A stretch of DNA of 64,000 nt from Vitrella brassicaformis CCMP3155 (taxonomy: Eukaryota; Protista; Chromerida), in assembly GCA_001179505.1 (NCBI GenBank), contig CDMY01000973.1, positions 168,341 through 232,340 on the forward strand. The letters run 5' to 3'. Below are positions 43,616-56,740 of this stretch, one piece after another. The stretch's first letter is position 1. Each line of letters opens with the position of its first letter. The notes below the pieces were generated by a model. The model was given only the letters and a program-made list of their open reading frames with translations. It searched no databases and was not told the DNA's origin. A program made the translations under genes and the position numbers.

Positions 43616-44135
43616 GGCGGCACTCAGCCTGAACAGATCACGAGCACACAGCAGCATCAGCCAGACGAGAAGGCGATGGATGAGAGAAACCGATCTGGTA
43701 CAATGAGATCTTACCACAAGTTGGTCCACAACGCAGGCAGCCCACGACAGCAAGAGTGGCAGCGGGAAGAATTTTGCCAATCACAAGCTTCAAAACTCCT
43801 TCAAGCAGCGGTTTCATGGAGCACCCTAGGCATGCGAGCTTTGCCGTTTGTTTCTGAACAGCGCTTAGCAGACAGTGAGGTATTCCTTCGACAACGCAAG
43901 ACCGCCAGTCCATTCTGAGTGCAAGACCCCTCAGACACTCATTGTGTGTATCTGCACTGGCCCACGTGTGCCGAAAGGGCACTCACTGAACTGAGCCAGA
44001 CAGACATCGAATTCATGTTCACGGCATGACATCCATCTGAAGCATCTGTCCTCTCTACCTCGTCACACACGCATCGCCCTCACCAACCCACCCATACATC
44101 TGTCCATCCACCCAACCTCAATGCGCCTGTGCAGT

Positions 44136-44356
44136 CTAAGGCCCCCCCTCTCCCTCTCCCTCTCCCCTCTCCCCCCTGCTAGCACGCGCGTTGGTATCAT
44201 CCACACTCCCACCTGCTGCCGCTGCTGATGCCGATGCAGGAGGGAGTGACATGCTCGCGTCGCTGGGCATGTGGGTGTATTCGAGGGAGGGCGATGGCGT
44301 GCTGGGCGAGGAGCTCACCACGTGAGACGCAGGGCTGTCGGACATCAACATGGCTG

Positions 44357-44410
<54 letters not shown>

Positions 44411-46059
44411 GGATACATCAGAGCGTCCCATTTTCTGTGCTCAACACACACATGATGCTCATCTCACTCACCCTGTGGCTGCTGCTGCTGCTGGTGTTGG
44501 CTGGCATTGGTGCTGGTGCTGTTGGTGTGGGTATTGGGCTGGGACGTGCCCCTGTTGTGTCTCTCCTGCTCGAGCCGCTCAACGCGCCTCTGCAGCTCCT
44601 GCTTCTCGCGATCGAACACCGCCCTCTCGATACGCAACGCCTCACGAGCATGACGATACGCATCCTGACACACAAACACACAGAGACGGAGGGAGGGAGG
44701 TAGGATGGGCTATGGGAGGCCCCCCGGGGTATGTGTATCTGACCTCCCTGCGTCGCATTTCGTTGGTTCTCTGGACCATCTGCATCTCGCGGCCCTGCAA
44801 CCTGCATGCAGCATGCAACGAGACGCACAACCATGACGTGACAGTGGCGGGGAGGGAGAGGTGTGTGTGCATGTGTTGGATACGTCTTGGCTCCGATGCT
44901 CTCCCTCTCCTTGAGACGTATCTCCAACTCCGACAAACTGATAAACACACACACACACACACGGAAATGAAGTTGTGTTGTCGTTTGTCCTTAATTGTGC
45001 CGTCGTCCCGTCTCCCCGCCGCCTACCTGTCTTTCTCCTCCATCATGCGGGCCATCTGCACGTCCAGCGATATCTGCAGCTCCTTCAACTGCACACACGC
45101 ACAGTCGATTGAGCACACACGACTGGTCTGGGTGGATCCATCCATCCATCCGCGACACATGGGTTTGGGTGTTACCTCTTCGGCCGTGAGTGTGCCGTCC
45201 TCGGCCGTGGTCTGCGTTGATGCACCATACATGACATGTCAGTGGGCAGGTGTGATGTGATGCGATTCTCTCTTGGGCCTTTCCTTTGTATCAGTACCTA
45301 CCTGTTGTGCCTTATCAACGAATGGCACTACCGCCGCAGCAGACACAGCACGGGTCCCCTACACACACACGAGCACACAGACACCCAGAAAGCATCCTGC
45401 CTGTGCAGGTCTGCCCTCGACATCACTCACCGTTTTGCTGGCTGAAGAGCATGACCCCCGCGGCTCTTTGCCGCCGTTGGCATGGCCTCCGCCAGACTTG
45501 TCGACACGCGACACGACGCACGCCTCCTCCCATCCCGATCCCTCTACCCCATCCACACACGACTGCGGCTGCTGCTGCTGCTGCTGCTGCTGCTGTGAGG
45601 AGAATGTGCACAACGAAGAATGAGACTATCAGGCGTTCATTCTTTCTCTCTTCATTTCCGCCTGTCTGTCTGTCTGTACCAGATGCTGTTTGATGACGGT
45701 CTTGAGTATCTTCGCGTTTTCTATGGCGTTGTTGCCCTTGAGTTGGGCGGCCAGGGGATGCGATGAACGCGCCACCATCGACACACACTCCTCAACCACC
45801 TGCACCCACCACGCATGCTTGGGCACTCGGCATGGCATTGCCATCGGCGTCTTGTCAGCCTCGTACAGGACTCTGTCTGTGGCTTAATTGGCCGACCTGC
45901 AGTGCATACTGGGCTTCAGAGCCGTCCTGCCGCCTTGGCGGCATCTCTGACGACCTTCCCCAATCCTCCTCTGTGCCTGCATCGACATCAGAAAGCCAAA
46001 TGAATGCGGGAATGCATGAGGTGAGATCCGATGGTTCCAATTGTGATATTCTCACTCAT
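44136..46059 (-). CDS. Coiled-coil, poly-Q hypothetical protein, multi-exon
   Basis: Exons QLKELQISLDVQMARMMEEKDR, LSELEIRLKERE, AREALRIERAVFDREKQELQRRVERLEQE flanked by minus-strand (GT)n-CAG acceptors; start codon inferred. Confidence 0.55.
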
Positions 46060-46356
46060 GGCTGCGGGTTCCGCTGCATGGATGCTACACCTCACCGCCG
46101 TCAGCCTCTTCGTCCGCTCTGCTCTTCTGAAGAAAAGCTCGCAAAAGCTCGCAGAGGGGACAATTGAAAGGAGAAAACAGAAAGAAGAGTAAGACTCCGT
46201 CCCTCTCAGGCTTTAGCGGCAACAGAGGGCTCTACTTAGCGTCTGTTTGTCAAGGCCCAAGGTCTCCCGTCGTCCTGTCTTGCATCTGAGCATCTGTCGC
46301 TCACGTGTCGGTCTGTCTGAAGGCTCCCGTGCCCTCCCTTGTGTCAGTCGGTCGCC

Positions 46357-47148
46357 ATGGGCAAGCAGCGAGGGTTCCAGGCGGGCGGAATCCCCAACCC
46401 GATGGTGGTGAATCGTCGGAAGATCTTGCCGAGCGGTCCCAGCATGATGGAGCGGCTGCAGAGGGAGTCGCGGCCCAGCTGGGACGACTTCAAGAAGATC
46501 GTACACAAGAAGGACGCCACCTCTAGCGAGGCACTCGAGAAGTGGGAGAACGAAAACTATCGCGACGAACTGGAGGTGGGTGCGACACGCCACCAACACC
46601 AACACAACACAACACAGAAGGCATTATGACATATATCACCGTGTGCGTGTGTATGTGTGTGTGTGTGTGTATGTGTGTGTGGTCTTAGAAATTCAGGGAC
46701 GTCAAGATTAGCAAGCAGGAGAAGAAGGAGCTGCGTCGGATCCGCAAGGAGGCCAAGAAGCAGAGCCGCAGCACCAGGAAGAAGGACAAGGGTGGTGACA
46801 GAGACCGCGACCGCGACAGAGACCGTGACGGCGAGCGCAAGAGGAAGCGCGACGACAGCAGCGACGACAGCCGCAGCGACAGCGACAGTGACAGCAGCAG
46901 CTCTTCCGGCTCCTCTGAGAGGAGGCGGCGGAGGAAGAAGGCAAAGAAGGCCAAGAAGGAGAAAAAGGTCAGCAGATAACAGAGAGAGAGAGAGGGAGGG
47001 AGGGAGGGACGAGAGAGCGAGTGTCTTGGACCATCTGTGTGTCTGTGTGGCTTTGTCTGTTGCTGTGTCTGTATGTTGTGTGCAGAACCACCCGTACAAG
47101 CTCTCCAATTTTCTGAGATCAGGGGAGGATGACAAAGAAGAAGACTGA
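46357..47148 (+). CDS. FAM133-like K/R/S-rich protein, 3 exons
   Basis: MGK..NPM..SGPSMMERLQRESRPSWDDFKK..ALEKWENENYRDELE|KFR matches the FAM133 N-terminus; RD and KK tracts. Confidence 0.8.
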
Positions 47149-47765
47149 CGGATGTGATTGCGCGCATGCCGACCGAGCGGACGCTCGGCGTGTGCTCGCA
47201 TCTCAGTTGGCCGACAGTACCGTAGCGGCTGCTTTCTCTTTTGCCTCTCTGGATGGGTTTGGGGGGGCTGGGTGAGATGGGGTCGGTTGTTTTCTTACCG
47301 TTCCCTCTCTTGCTGCGTACGTGCGTGCCGACAGGCAGCTGGTGTGCGTCCATCTATCTATCCATCCATCCATCCCTGTAGAGCTTTCCGTGCATCTGTG
47401 TTGCGTGTGTGTATGTGTGTGGATGGCTAAGTGTATATGACATGACTGTCTGTCTGTGTGAGTGTGTGTGTGGATCTTTTTGACGAGTGTTGGAGTGTTG
47501 GTTGGATGTTATCGCCGCGCACCTGTGCAGTCCTGTGCAGCGACCCCTCTATCTATGTCTAGATGTGGTGTCGGCGTTACATTCAGACCATTGTGTGTCT
47601 CGTTGGCTCCAGATATAATACGTACGTTGAGATTTGCAAAGCATTCTTCCTTTAATCTGTGCATACAAGCGCGAGCATCCAGTCAGTCAGCCATGCGATG
47701 CGTCTCTCCCTCTTCGCCCAGTGCGCGAAAGGCTGGACACACTGATACATGTGTAGACCATCGAT

Positions 47766-47962
47766 CTATCGCTCATCTCCCCGACTATCGCCCTTCCAGC
47801 TGGCCGTCCACCTCCACCTCCCCGTCTGCAGCAAAATTCTCTCCATCGACATCACTGTGATTATCATTGCAATCGCCACCGCTTCTGTCGTCGCTCACGT
47901 GAGTGGCCTGATCATCCTCACCCCCACCGCCCCCACCTTGCTCAACGACCACCTGAATCACA
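47766..47962 (-). pseudogene. Orphan remnant of an ARM-gene acidic last exon
   Basis: Similar to 54580-54742 (ctatcgctc, tggccgtccac, gtggcctg.tcatcc, ccacctgaatcacac). Confidence 0.75.
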
Positions 47963-50900
47963 CTTGTCCGTCGAACACGAATGGCGCCACTCCAGGCCCC
48001 AGCGCCACACGGGTCAGCCGAGTGGTGACCGGGAAGCGATGCTTGAAGGCGCCACCAGCACCAGCACCAGCCACAGGCGCCTCGGTCGTCACGACGCTAA
48101 GCCGCACTGCAGATCATCAGAGAGAGAGAGAGAGCATTAATGATGTTCGGTCACCAGACCTGCCTGTCTGCCGGCCTGACAGTATTTGTTTCCCATATCC
48201 CAAATCGTAATCCATGCGACGAAGTCGTCGCTGCTGTTGGTCAGCACCAGCTGTCGCACACGAGCGTCCTGGTCGAGTGCGGTTGTGCACCAGCTGAATG
48301 TGGTGGTGCATCCGGCCACTGGTGTGTGGGGCGACTGGGCGAGGAGGCCATTCAGACGGCCGCCATCAACATACCTGAACCACCCACACACACAGACACC
48401 CAATCGAACACACACCCCTCTCGCCACACTGGTGGCAGTGGTGTGTTACCTGTTGGGTCGTATCGATGTGGCAGAGAGCTGATAGTGAGTCCAGTAGAAG
48501 TGGTGGAAGATCATCTTCTTGGCAAACGACGACACTGACGCATCGGTTGATGAGGGGCGAGTAGTAGATGCGGCTGACCACCGGGGGGTCATGCTGCTGT
48601 CGGTGCCGCTGATACAGATGGTGGTGGGCAGGGAGGGGCGGGTCGACGGTCAGCCGGAAGTCGGGCTCGTCCTTGATGGCCCGCACCTCACCATTGCCAT
48701 AGCGGAACATCTGCAGGTGGCTGCCCTCACCGAAGTCGATGTGGCGGCCGACCACCATGAGCTGCGCCAACACACGAGCTACCGATCCATACGCCTACAC
48801 GACACCACACACACACAAGACAGAGAGAGAGGATGAGGCCTCTCTGCTGTCTCCCCGCCCCTCTGTGTGTGTGCCTTACCGTCTTGTTGGGGTGTGTGTT
48901 GATGTCATCTGCCGTGAGGTTGATGGGCAGCGTGCAGTAGCCGCACTGGCTGGCCCTCTGCAGCACCTCCCGCGTCTCATCCCACCGCCCCCCCTCCTCG
49001 GCTATCCACACCGCCGCCAGCAGGTCGCCCATCTCCAGCGATTGGTCGAACCGCAGCAGCTGCACCAACGGAGTGTCGATGCCGCCACGGCCCACCGAGT
49101 GGTTGAGCCGGCTGCGCAGCTGTGTTGATGAGAAGGCGTCTCTGACGCACTGGGCTGTGTCCGTCAGCTGTACTGTGGTGTCCATGTCGGGGATGCAGCA
49201 GCGGTCTTCGGCGAAGAGGTGGGCGAGGGGGTGCTGCTGTTGGTCAGATGAGGGCCGCCCCGAACACCATGACCACACTCGACAGCAGAGGTGCCACAGC
49301 CACACCAACGCCAGCCACCACACAGACGCCTGAAAACAGCCAATCAAGAAGGTACATCAGGAGAGGTGGCAATCTGTTGCTTACTAGACCCACCTGCTGC
49401 TGGCGCTGTGGGTGCTTGTGTGTGATGCCGTCGCCATCACGGCTCAGTGAGTGGTCGAGTCGGCTGCGCAGCTGGTCTAATGAGAAGGCGTCTCTGATGC
49501 CTCGTGAGGCTGCCCTCAGCTGCAGTGTGGTGCCGATGTCGGGGATGCGGCACCGGTCTTCGGCGAACAGGTGGGTGAGGGGGTGCTGCTGGTTGCCCGC
49601 CTGCAGATCGCACACACACGTAACAACGCAGATCGATACTCAAGGCACATCTGGTGCATGTCGGTCGGTTGTGTCATACCCACCTGATGCTGCTGCTCTT
49701 GCTGCGGGTGGCTGCGGGTCGATGCGACGCCGTGGCGGCCAGGCGAGGCGAACATTTCATCTACAGCATCGGTCACGATCTGCACGCACACCACAGACGA
49801 CACAGTGACATCAACACGGTGCTGTGTTGGTGATCCAACTATTCTGTTGACATGCTCACCCCTTTGGTGGTCTGTGTGTCGCCCTACATGAGCCGCTGCA
49901 TCCTCAACGTCGTCATGCCAGACTCCAACGCCGACTCGCTAACCGAACTCTGACCCACAAGGGCGGTACTCTGACATTGAACAATCAGACACACAAACCC
50001 ACACAGGCCATAGACACGTCATGACACGTGCCGCTTTGGCTCACCCATATGCGGCCCGCTATTTGGCCCTGAATGGTCTTGCGTGTGATGTAGACGCCCG
50101 TGGCGGCTAGCAGACGGACATCGCACGCGGCCAAGTCGATGTCACACAGCGACAAGAACTGCAGACTCAGAACCAAAGACAGACAGGGAAAGTCGTTCGA
50201 TAGCTGGAGGTGTCTGTGTGTGACTGGCTGCCCGACTGACCATGAGGTATTTGGCGAATGAGAACAGGCGGCCGTGGGTGTCCATGCCGGCAGCAGTGAA
50301 CAGCCCATCCAGACACTCAATGCCGCACACAGAAATATCAACCGCCACACGCTTCATCACCTGCACACACAGAGTGAAACGGACAGACAGGTCGGTGTGC
50401 ACAAGTGTGCGTCGTGTGCGTGTCTGTGTCTATGTATCAGTACCTTTGCCTGTGTGTGGGGGGGGTCATCCGGTATGTCGTCCATCAGCAGGTGTGGCTC
50501 TAGCCGCTCGACGCAGGCGGCCACACACGCATCTGCTATCTGTGTGTCAGCAGCCAGGCAAGTGACACACAAACACACGAGTTCCACGAGTCGTTGCTTG
50601 ACTGACATTCCCTTCTTATCTCGTGCCTGCGTGGCGTCGTTGTGTCGATGAGTCGGTCGGCGCGGCACACGTCCAGCAGCCGCACCGCCCGCATGAGGGT
50701 CGCGTCGCGGCAGCCCATCGACGCTGCTCTCTTGACCATCCCACCCACCAACACGGCTGCAACACATGACAGACATCACAGCACAGCACACACCTGAGTG
50801 CGTGTGCTGTGTGCTCTTGTGTGCGAGTCGTGCGCACCTCTCTGCTGCGGCCATTTCATGCTACCGTCCTGTTTGTCAGACAACCGAACAACACAGAGCA

Positions 50901-50968
50901 CCTCTTTTGATTGATCAGTCATCACTCCATCTCCCATTGTCCTGCTCCCCTCACTTGACAGCTGCCAT
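47958..50968 (-). pseudogene. Cyclin-like/F-box-like fusion gene, copy 1 (frameshifted near 5' end; may be expressed from an alternative ATG at 50854)
   Basis: Inverted paralog of 57270-59869; 1-nt deletions at ~50955 and ~50640 relative to copy 2; downstream exons are open. Confidence 0.6.
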
Positions 50969-51621
50969 GCGATGCCGTGCGATAGGCCTCAGCGATGAGT
51001 TCCAACCATCAACTTCTGCCTGATGGGGCTCCTGCTGCCCTCTGGAAGGCATCACAAGCGCTGAAACAGGGGAAGAGGCCCGTCGAGGAACGATCGAATC
51101 GATGCGAGCCGGAATGGATGCCGGCGATGAGGACGAGAAAAAACGACGTTCTCGTGAGCCGCCAGACCTTAGCCGCCTGTTCCATTCTATTTTGGCGTTG
51201 AGTGCCTCGCCTGCTGCCGGGCCGCATCCATCCATCTCGCGCGCTGCGGAGGAGATCTCTGTCGGTGAGTGAGCAGCCATGAGCGAGGGACCAGAGGGCA
51301 TGCACGGGCAGCCCAGGTCTATCTCGTTTCGCAGGTGTGCGTCGTGAGGTCGGGGCGAGAGAGTAGGGCGGCAGTGGGACCATTCAGCAGCGAAGTGGAG
51401 TGAAGGGCCGCCGACCACTGACCAGGTCAGATGGATAAATCGGAGCAGGAATGGACCATTCTGCACATTGTGTGTATGTGTGTTGTTCCTCGCAGCTGTG
51501 AGGCAATGGAGTCGGCAGGCAGCACAGCAGAGCCTGGCCAAAGTGGACAAACTCTGCGAATCCATCCATACGTTGTCGACGATTGACGGACTCGTCTGGT
51601 GATGCCGCCTCCTTTGGCGTG

Positions 51622-53977
51622 ATGCGAGGCGTTTCAGCCTTCTTCAGCGCCCTTTGGACAGCCATCTCATCGTTGATATGGCCCGACCTCATGACCACTC
51701 CTCAACTCGTCAAGCGCCTTTCTGGCCACCTCTCCTTCGTCAAGCTGAGTGCCCTCCGTGAGCTGCACCAGCGGATCGAAAAGGACGCCCAGGCGGCCAT
51801 CGACGCCATCGGTGATGTGTCGGTGCTCGTTGGTCTTCTCAGCAGCTGTTGCCGTTCCACAGCTACCGAGGCGGCCAAATGTCTGGCCGCCATCGCTGCG
51901 GCTGCGGCTGACGTCGTCATTGATGCCAGACAGAGGGCCGCACCTGCTGACGCCCTCGTTGAGACCGATGCCATTGACGCCCTTGTTGAGGCCGATGCCA
52001 TTTCCGGTCTCTTGCAGCAGCTCTCGTGGCCGGATCTTGCTGTGCGCGTCTACGTGGCGAGCGCCCTCTGCAGCATCGCAACCTCACGGCGGCAAAGGGT
52101 GGTGGTGGGGGTCAGCATGACCTCTCTGCTCGGCGTCATGGCCCGAGGACTCAACGGCGGCGATGCAGCCATCCAACTCGAGGCCGCCACGGCAGTCCGC
52201 GAGCTGTTCGCCATCGAAGGAGTGCCGCCCATCCAGGAGGCCGTCGATGCGGGTGTCATTCAACCACTCGTGGGGTTGCTCAGTGACTCGGGCCGCCCGA
52301 CCCTCCAAGGTGACGCGGCGTGTGCACTGGCCAACATCGCGACGGGCACATCAGAGCAGACCCAGGCCATCGTCGATGCGGGTGGCATCCCGCCCCTCAT
52401 CCAGCTGCTGTCGTCCCCTGATGGTGACGTGCGCCACCAGGCCGTGTGCGCACTGGGCAACATCGCAGTCGGTGGGCCAGCCGCTCGTGATTTGGTGCTG
52501 GCAGCGGGCGTCATGGAGCCGCTGCTCAAGGTGCTTCGCGAGAGCAAGAAGGTGTCGATGCTGCGCAGCGCCAGCCGGACGCTCGCGAACCTGTGCAGTA
52601 GGCAGCCCCCGCCCCCCTTCGAGTTGGTGTCACCAGCGGTGCCGGTGGTCGCAGAGCTCATCAGGAGGCCTGACCAGGACGCTAAGGTGCTCAGACAGGG
52701 GTGCCTCGCGCTGTCGCACTTGACCTATGAGGGGCCCGATGAGGCCATCGAGGCGGTGGTGGGCAGTGGTGTATGCAGTCGTCTGGTGGAGCTGATGGGG
52801 GGGCATGACAGCCACACGGTCCGGAGGCATGCACTATGCGCTTTCGGAAAGATCGTGGCGGGTACACAAACACACGGAAGGCTGGATTGAAGAGACAGAT
52901 TTGGATGGCTTGTTGATGGCTGTTCTGATGTTGGTGTGTCTGTGTGTGAGTGCTGTCAGGCAGTGAAGTGCACACACAGGAGATGGTTGACTGCGGTGCC
53001 ATTCCTTCCTTGAAGGCGTTGCTGTCGTCACCAAGGCGGAACGTCCGCAAGGGGGCCTGTTTTGCCATCTTCAACATCATGAGAGGTAGGTCCATGAAGG
53101 CAGGAGGGCACACAAACAACACATTGCGAACAATGGCGTGTCTTTGTCTAATTAGGTAATCGTGATCAGGTTCAGGCAGTCATCGACTCTGGCGTGGTGC
53201 CGCAAGTGATCATCATGGCCACAACTGATGTGCCGAGCGTTCAGAAGGGGGCACTGTCCGTCATCATCAACGGAGTGGGACTCGGATCGCAGGCACAGGT
53301 AGACGAGATCTGATTCAGCCTACAACATCCTGCATTGCTGCTGTGTCCGTCTCGGCGTTGTGGTTCAGGTTGAGTATTTGGTTGGGTGTGGGTGTGTCGG
53401 GCCGCTGTGTGATCTGTTGGTGGACGGAATTGAGGTCGCCATACTCGGTGGGGCACTCGTTGCAATCCACAACTTCCTATGGTACCGTTTCTGTCACAAC
53501 ACGACGCATTTATGCCGTGACAATGAATTGTCCCGTGTTGGGGGTTCTGTTCTATGCAGCGTGGGTGAGCAGGTGCAGGCGCGCGACGGCCTCCCACACA
53601 ATCCCTACTGCGACGTCATAGAACAGGTGAGTCACACACAGGCGATAGAAAGAGCTCCCGGAACCATCTGCTTTGTCGGCCTGTCGTGTGTGCAGGCTGA
53701 CGGTCAGAACAGAATTTCGCAGCTCACACACCATCGCGACGAAAACATACGGAATTATGTCAGTCGGCGTGACGGCAGGGTGTCTCTCTCCTCACACGTG
53801 TGATTTCTGTGCTGTGTTGTGCTGTGCTGTGCTGTGATGGTTCAGTCGAGCGCCATTCTCGCCACTCACTGGAACATCATGGTCGACATCGACAGTGACA
53901 CCGACGCAGGCTCAGATGGCACCGACAGCACCAACACTAGTAGTGACGAGACGCTATCGGAGGACAACGTCGAGTGA
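51622..53977 (+). CDS. Importin-alpha-like ARM-repeat protein, paralog ARM2 (ancestral ATG 51506 is out of frame)
   Basis: AACALANIATGTSEQTQAIVDAGGIPPLIQLLSSPDGDVRHQAVCALGNIA, VRKGACFAIFNI, NPYCDVIEQ, acidic tail. Confidence 0.8.
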
Positions 53978-54580
53978 TGGAGGCTCAGAGCGATGGAGTA
54001 ATAGAGGAAGAGAGGGAAAGAGGGGGAGACGGGAGGGGTCAGGGCTGCCGGTTAGAGAGCGATGGAGACAGTCCATGGTTTCCTGCCGTGGGGAGACAGA
54101 CAGGAGGGACACATTCATGGATTGTTGTACAGATGGACCTCGTGAATAGACAGACCGCCATACGAGCGTCGAAGTAACGACAAGTCTGCTCCAGCCTCAG
54201 CTCAAAGAGATCGATGATATCTCAGCCTCGACTCTTGACAACTATCTCTCGCTGCTTCCGTTAAGAGTACTACGCGAGTGAGAGGCGTCTTATCGATGAA
54301 CGATGTGTGTATGTGCCCGGCCGCGTCTCGATCGGGTCGATCGCCATTCATTGTGATTTGTGAAGAGTTGCGACGTCCGTGTCGCTGCGTGTCGATCGAA
54401 TACATGCGAGCAGCAGCCATCAACTCACCAATCCGTCCATCCGTCCACGCGATCCATGGGATCCATCCATGTGTCCATTTGTCTGTCTCTGAGGCTGTCG
54501 GCTGTCGTTTCCTTGACATGCGCCCCTCCAGCCAGCCGCTAAGCCACATACAAAAACATACCCAGGTATGGCTTTGCTAT

Positions 54581-56740
54581 CTATCGCTCCTCTTCCCCAC
54601 TATCGCCCTGCAGGTGGCCGTCCACCGCCCCATTCCCCTCTCCAGCGATATCGCTATCGCCATCGCTGTTGTCGTCGCCTACGTGGGTGGCCTGGTCATC
54701 CCCACCGCCACCTGGGTGTACAGGGCCCACCTGAATCACACCCGCCTCGAATAAAGCTTCCAGCCGATGAAGATCGACGCGAGCGGGGAAACGGTTGAGG
54801 AGAAACAAAGATGCCTAAATGAATCAAAAGACCACCCACACTGTGTGTCTGCGTCCCTTGTCGCCATGGGCGCGTTGATGGGCACCTGCGCTGCGATGTT
54901 CATGTCGTTGTGTGTCTGCAGCTCGACTATCTTGTCCACACCGCCGGCCTGCATGGACGAGGTTGAACGATCACACAGCCATTTGGCTCTGTGCGTGTGT
55001 CGGGCTGCAGTGTTCTTTCCTCTCGTTTGCTGTCCAATTACCTGCTCCACTAGTGTGGAGTAGGGGTTGTCGGGGAGGCCCTCGTTGGCCTGCTTCTCAC
55101 GACCCGCACTGCATGGATGACACACACAGGCAACACACGGTATGTAAAGCGTTTGTGTGCACTTGGCTGGTCTCATTTTACCTCAGTATCTCCTTGAGGA
55201 CTGCGAGAGTAGATTGGATGTTCCTGAGGTTCTCGGCGGCCTGGAGCAGGTCACAGAGAGGCTGGACGCCGCCGCACTCAACAACATACTCGGTCTGCAC
55301 AGAATGGAAAGCGCTTTTGTGTGTGTGTGATGTGTGTGTGTGTGATATGCATCTCGGCCGCTACAATACGCACCTGTTGCTGTGATCCCATAGCTATGTT
55401 TCCGATGGCCTGGGCTGCCATCTCCTTTAGCCCCAGTGCGGCTTCCCCACTGGCCGCTGCCGCTGTGTCAACCAGCAAAGGCACCAGCCCACCATCGATG
55501 ACCGCCTGTCGGTGAGGAGTAGTACTGCCTGTATAACCTGAGCAGCAAGCCGGCACCACACACATGACGTGCTTGATGGGGTGGCTGTGATATGTGTGGC
55601 CGTTTTACCTCCAGTGATGAACAAGACTATGGCGCATCCGACAGCTTTCACCTTCCACAAGTCGGCCGACTCGAGCAGTGCCTTCATCGATGCCACGGCA
55701 CCACACTCGACCAACACGTCACGGTCAGCATCGGTACCTATAAGCGAAATCACCGATCAGAGGCAATCAGGACAGACACAGCGAGCCATGCAGCAGCATT
55801 TGGTGGTGTGTCGTGTCCTGATGTTTGGTGGCTGACCTTGAGCCGCGTCCATACACAACCTCCCAAAATCCGCCAAGGCCGCTAGTGCAGATCGCACCAC
55901 CGATTCATCCTGCTCAGGTGCGGCGACGAGGTTGGCCAGGAGGGGCACGAAGGGGGCCAACTCAGCCAGAGGGACAGGGAGGGGTGAATTCTCGGACACA
56001 CGCCACAAGTTGCCCAGCAGCTGGCAGCCCCATTCCAGCACCGTGACGTTGCCGCTTCCACGCATCGCCGTCAGCAACGGCTCCAGCACGCCGGCCACCA
56101 ACACGGCGTCGCGACAAGTCGTCGATGCGACCGTGATGTTGTTCAGCGCCCCGATGGCCGCTGTACGCCCATCCTCATCAGGGGACGACAGCAGCTGAAT
56201 GAGGGGCGGGATCCCGCCCGCATCGACGATGGCCGGGGTCTGCTCCGATGTGCCCGCGGCAATGTTGCCGAGCGCCCATATGGCCTCGTTCCGCACATCA
56301 CCATCAGAGGACGACAGCAGCTGCACGAGGGGCTGGACCGCACCAGCATCGACCACCGCCGCATGACGAACCGCCAGCATGCCGAGGGTCTGTGCTGCTC
56401 GGGCCTGCACGTACGTGGCCTCGCACCTCAGCAGATCCACCAACACAGCCACCAGGCCATCAGTGTTGACAGCCTTCTGCTCGATGGTTCCCTCCAGGTG
56501 CTTGATGGACAGCAGGCGGATCAGCTGAAATATGGCCTCGCTCCGAAGCTGGGGATCACTGGCCGACGCCATTAGGTGGCAGATGTCGGACAGGGCGGCT
56601 GTGATCTCGTTTTCGACGGCGTCCAATCCTCGCTCCTGCACCGCCTGATCGTAGGCCTCCTTGGTGGAGATGGCATCGAAGAGCTTGCCCGCCTTGGCCA
56701 GCACTGCTTGGGGTGAGGGATTGTCAGCCGTGGACTCCAT
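54581..56740 (-). CDS. Importin-alpha-like ARM-repeat protein, paralog ARM3
   Basis: MESTADNPSPQAVLAK..; VRNEAIWALGNIAAGTSEQ; NPYSTLVEQ|AGGVDKIVELQTH; acidic tail ending GEEER*. Confidence 0.85.
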
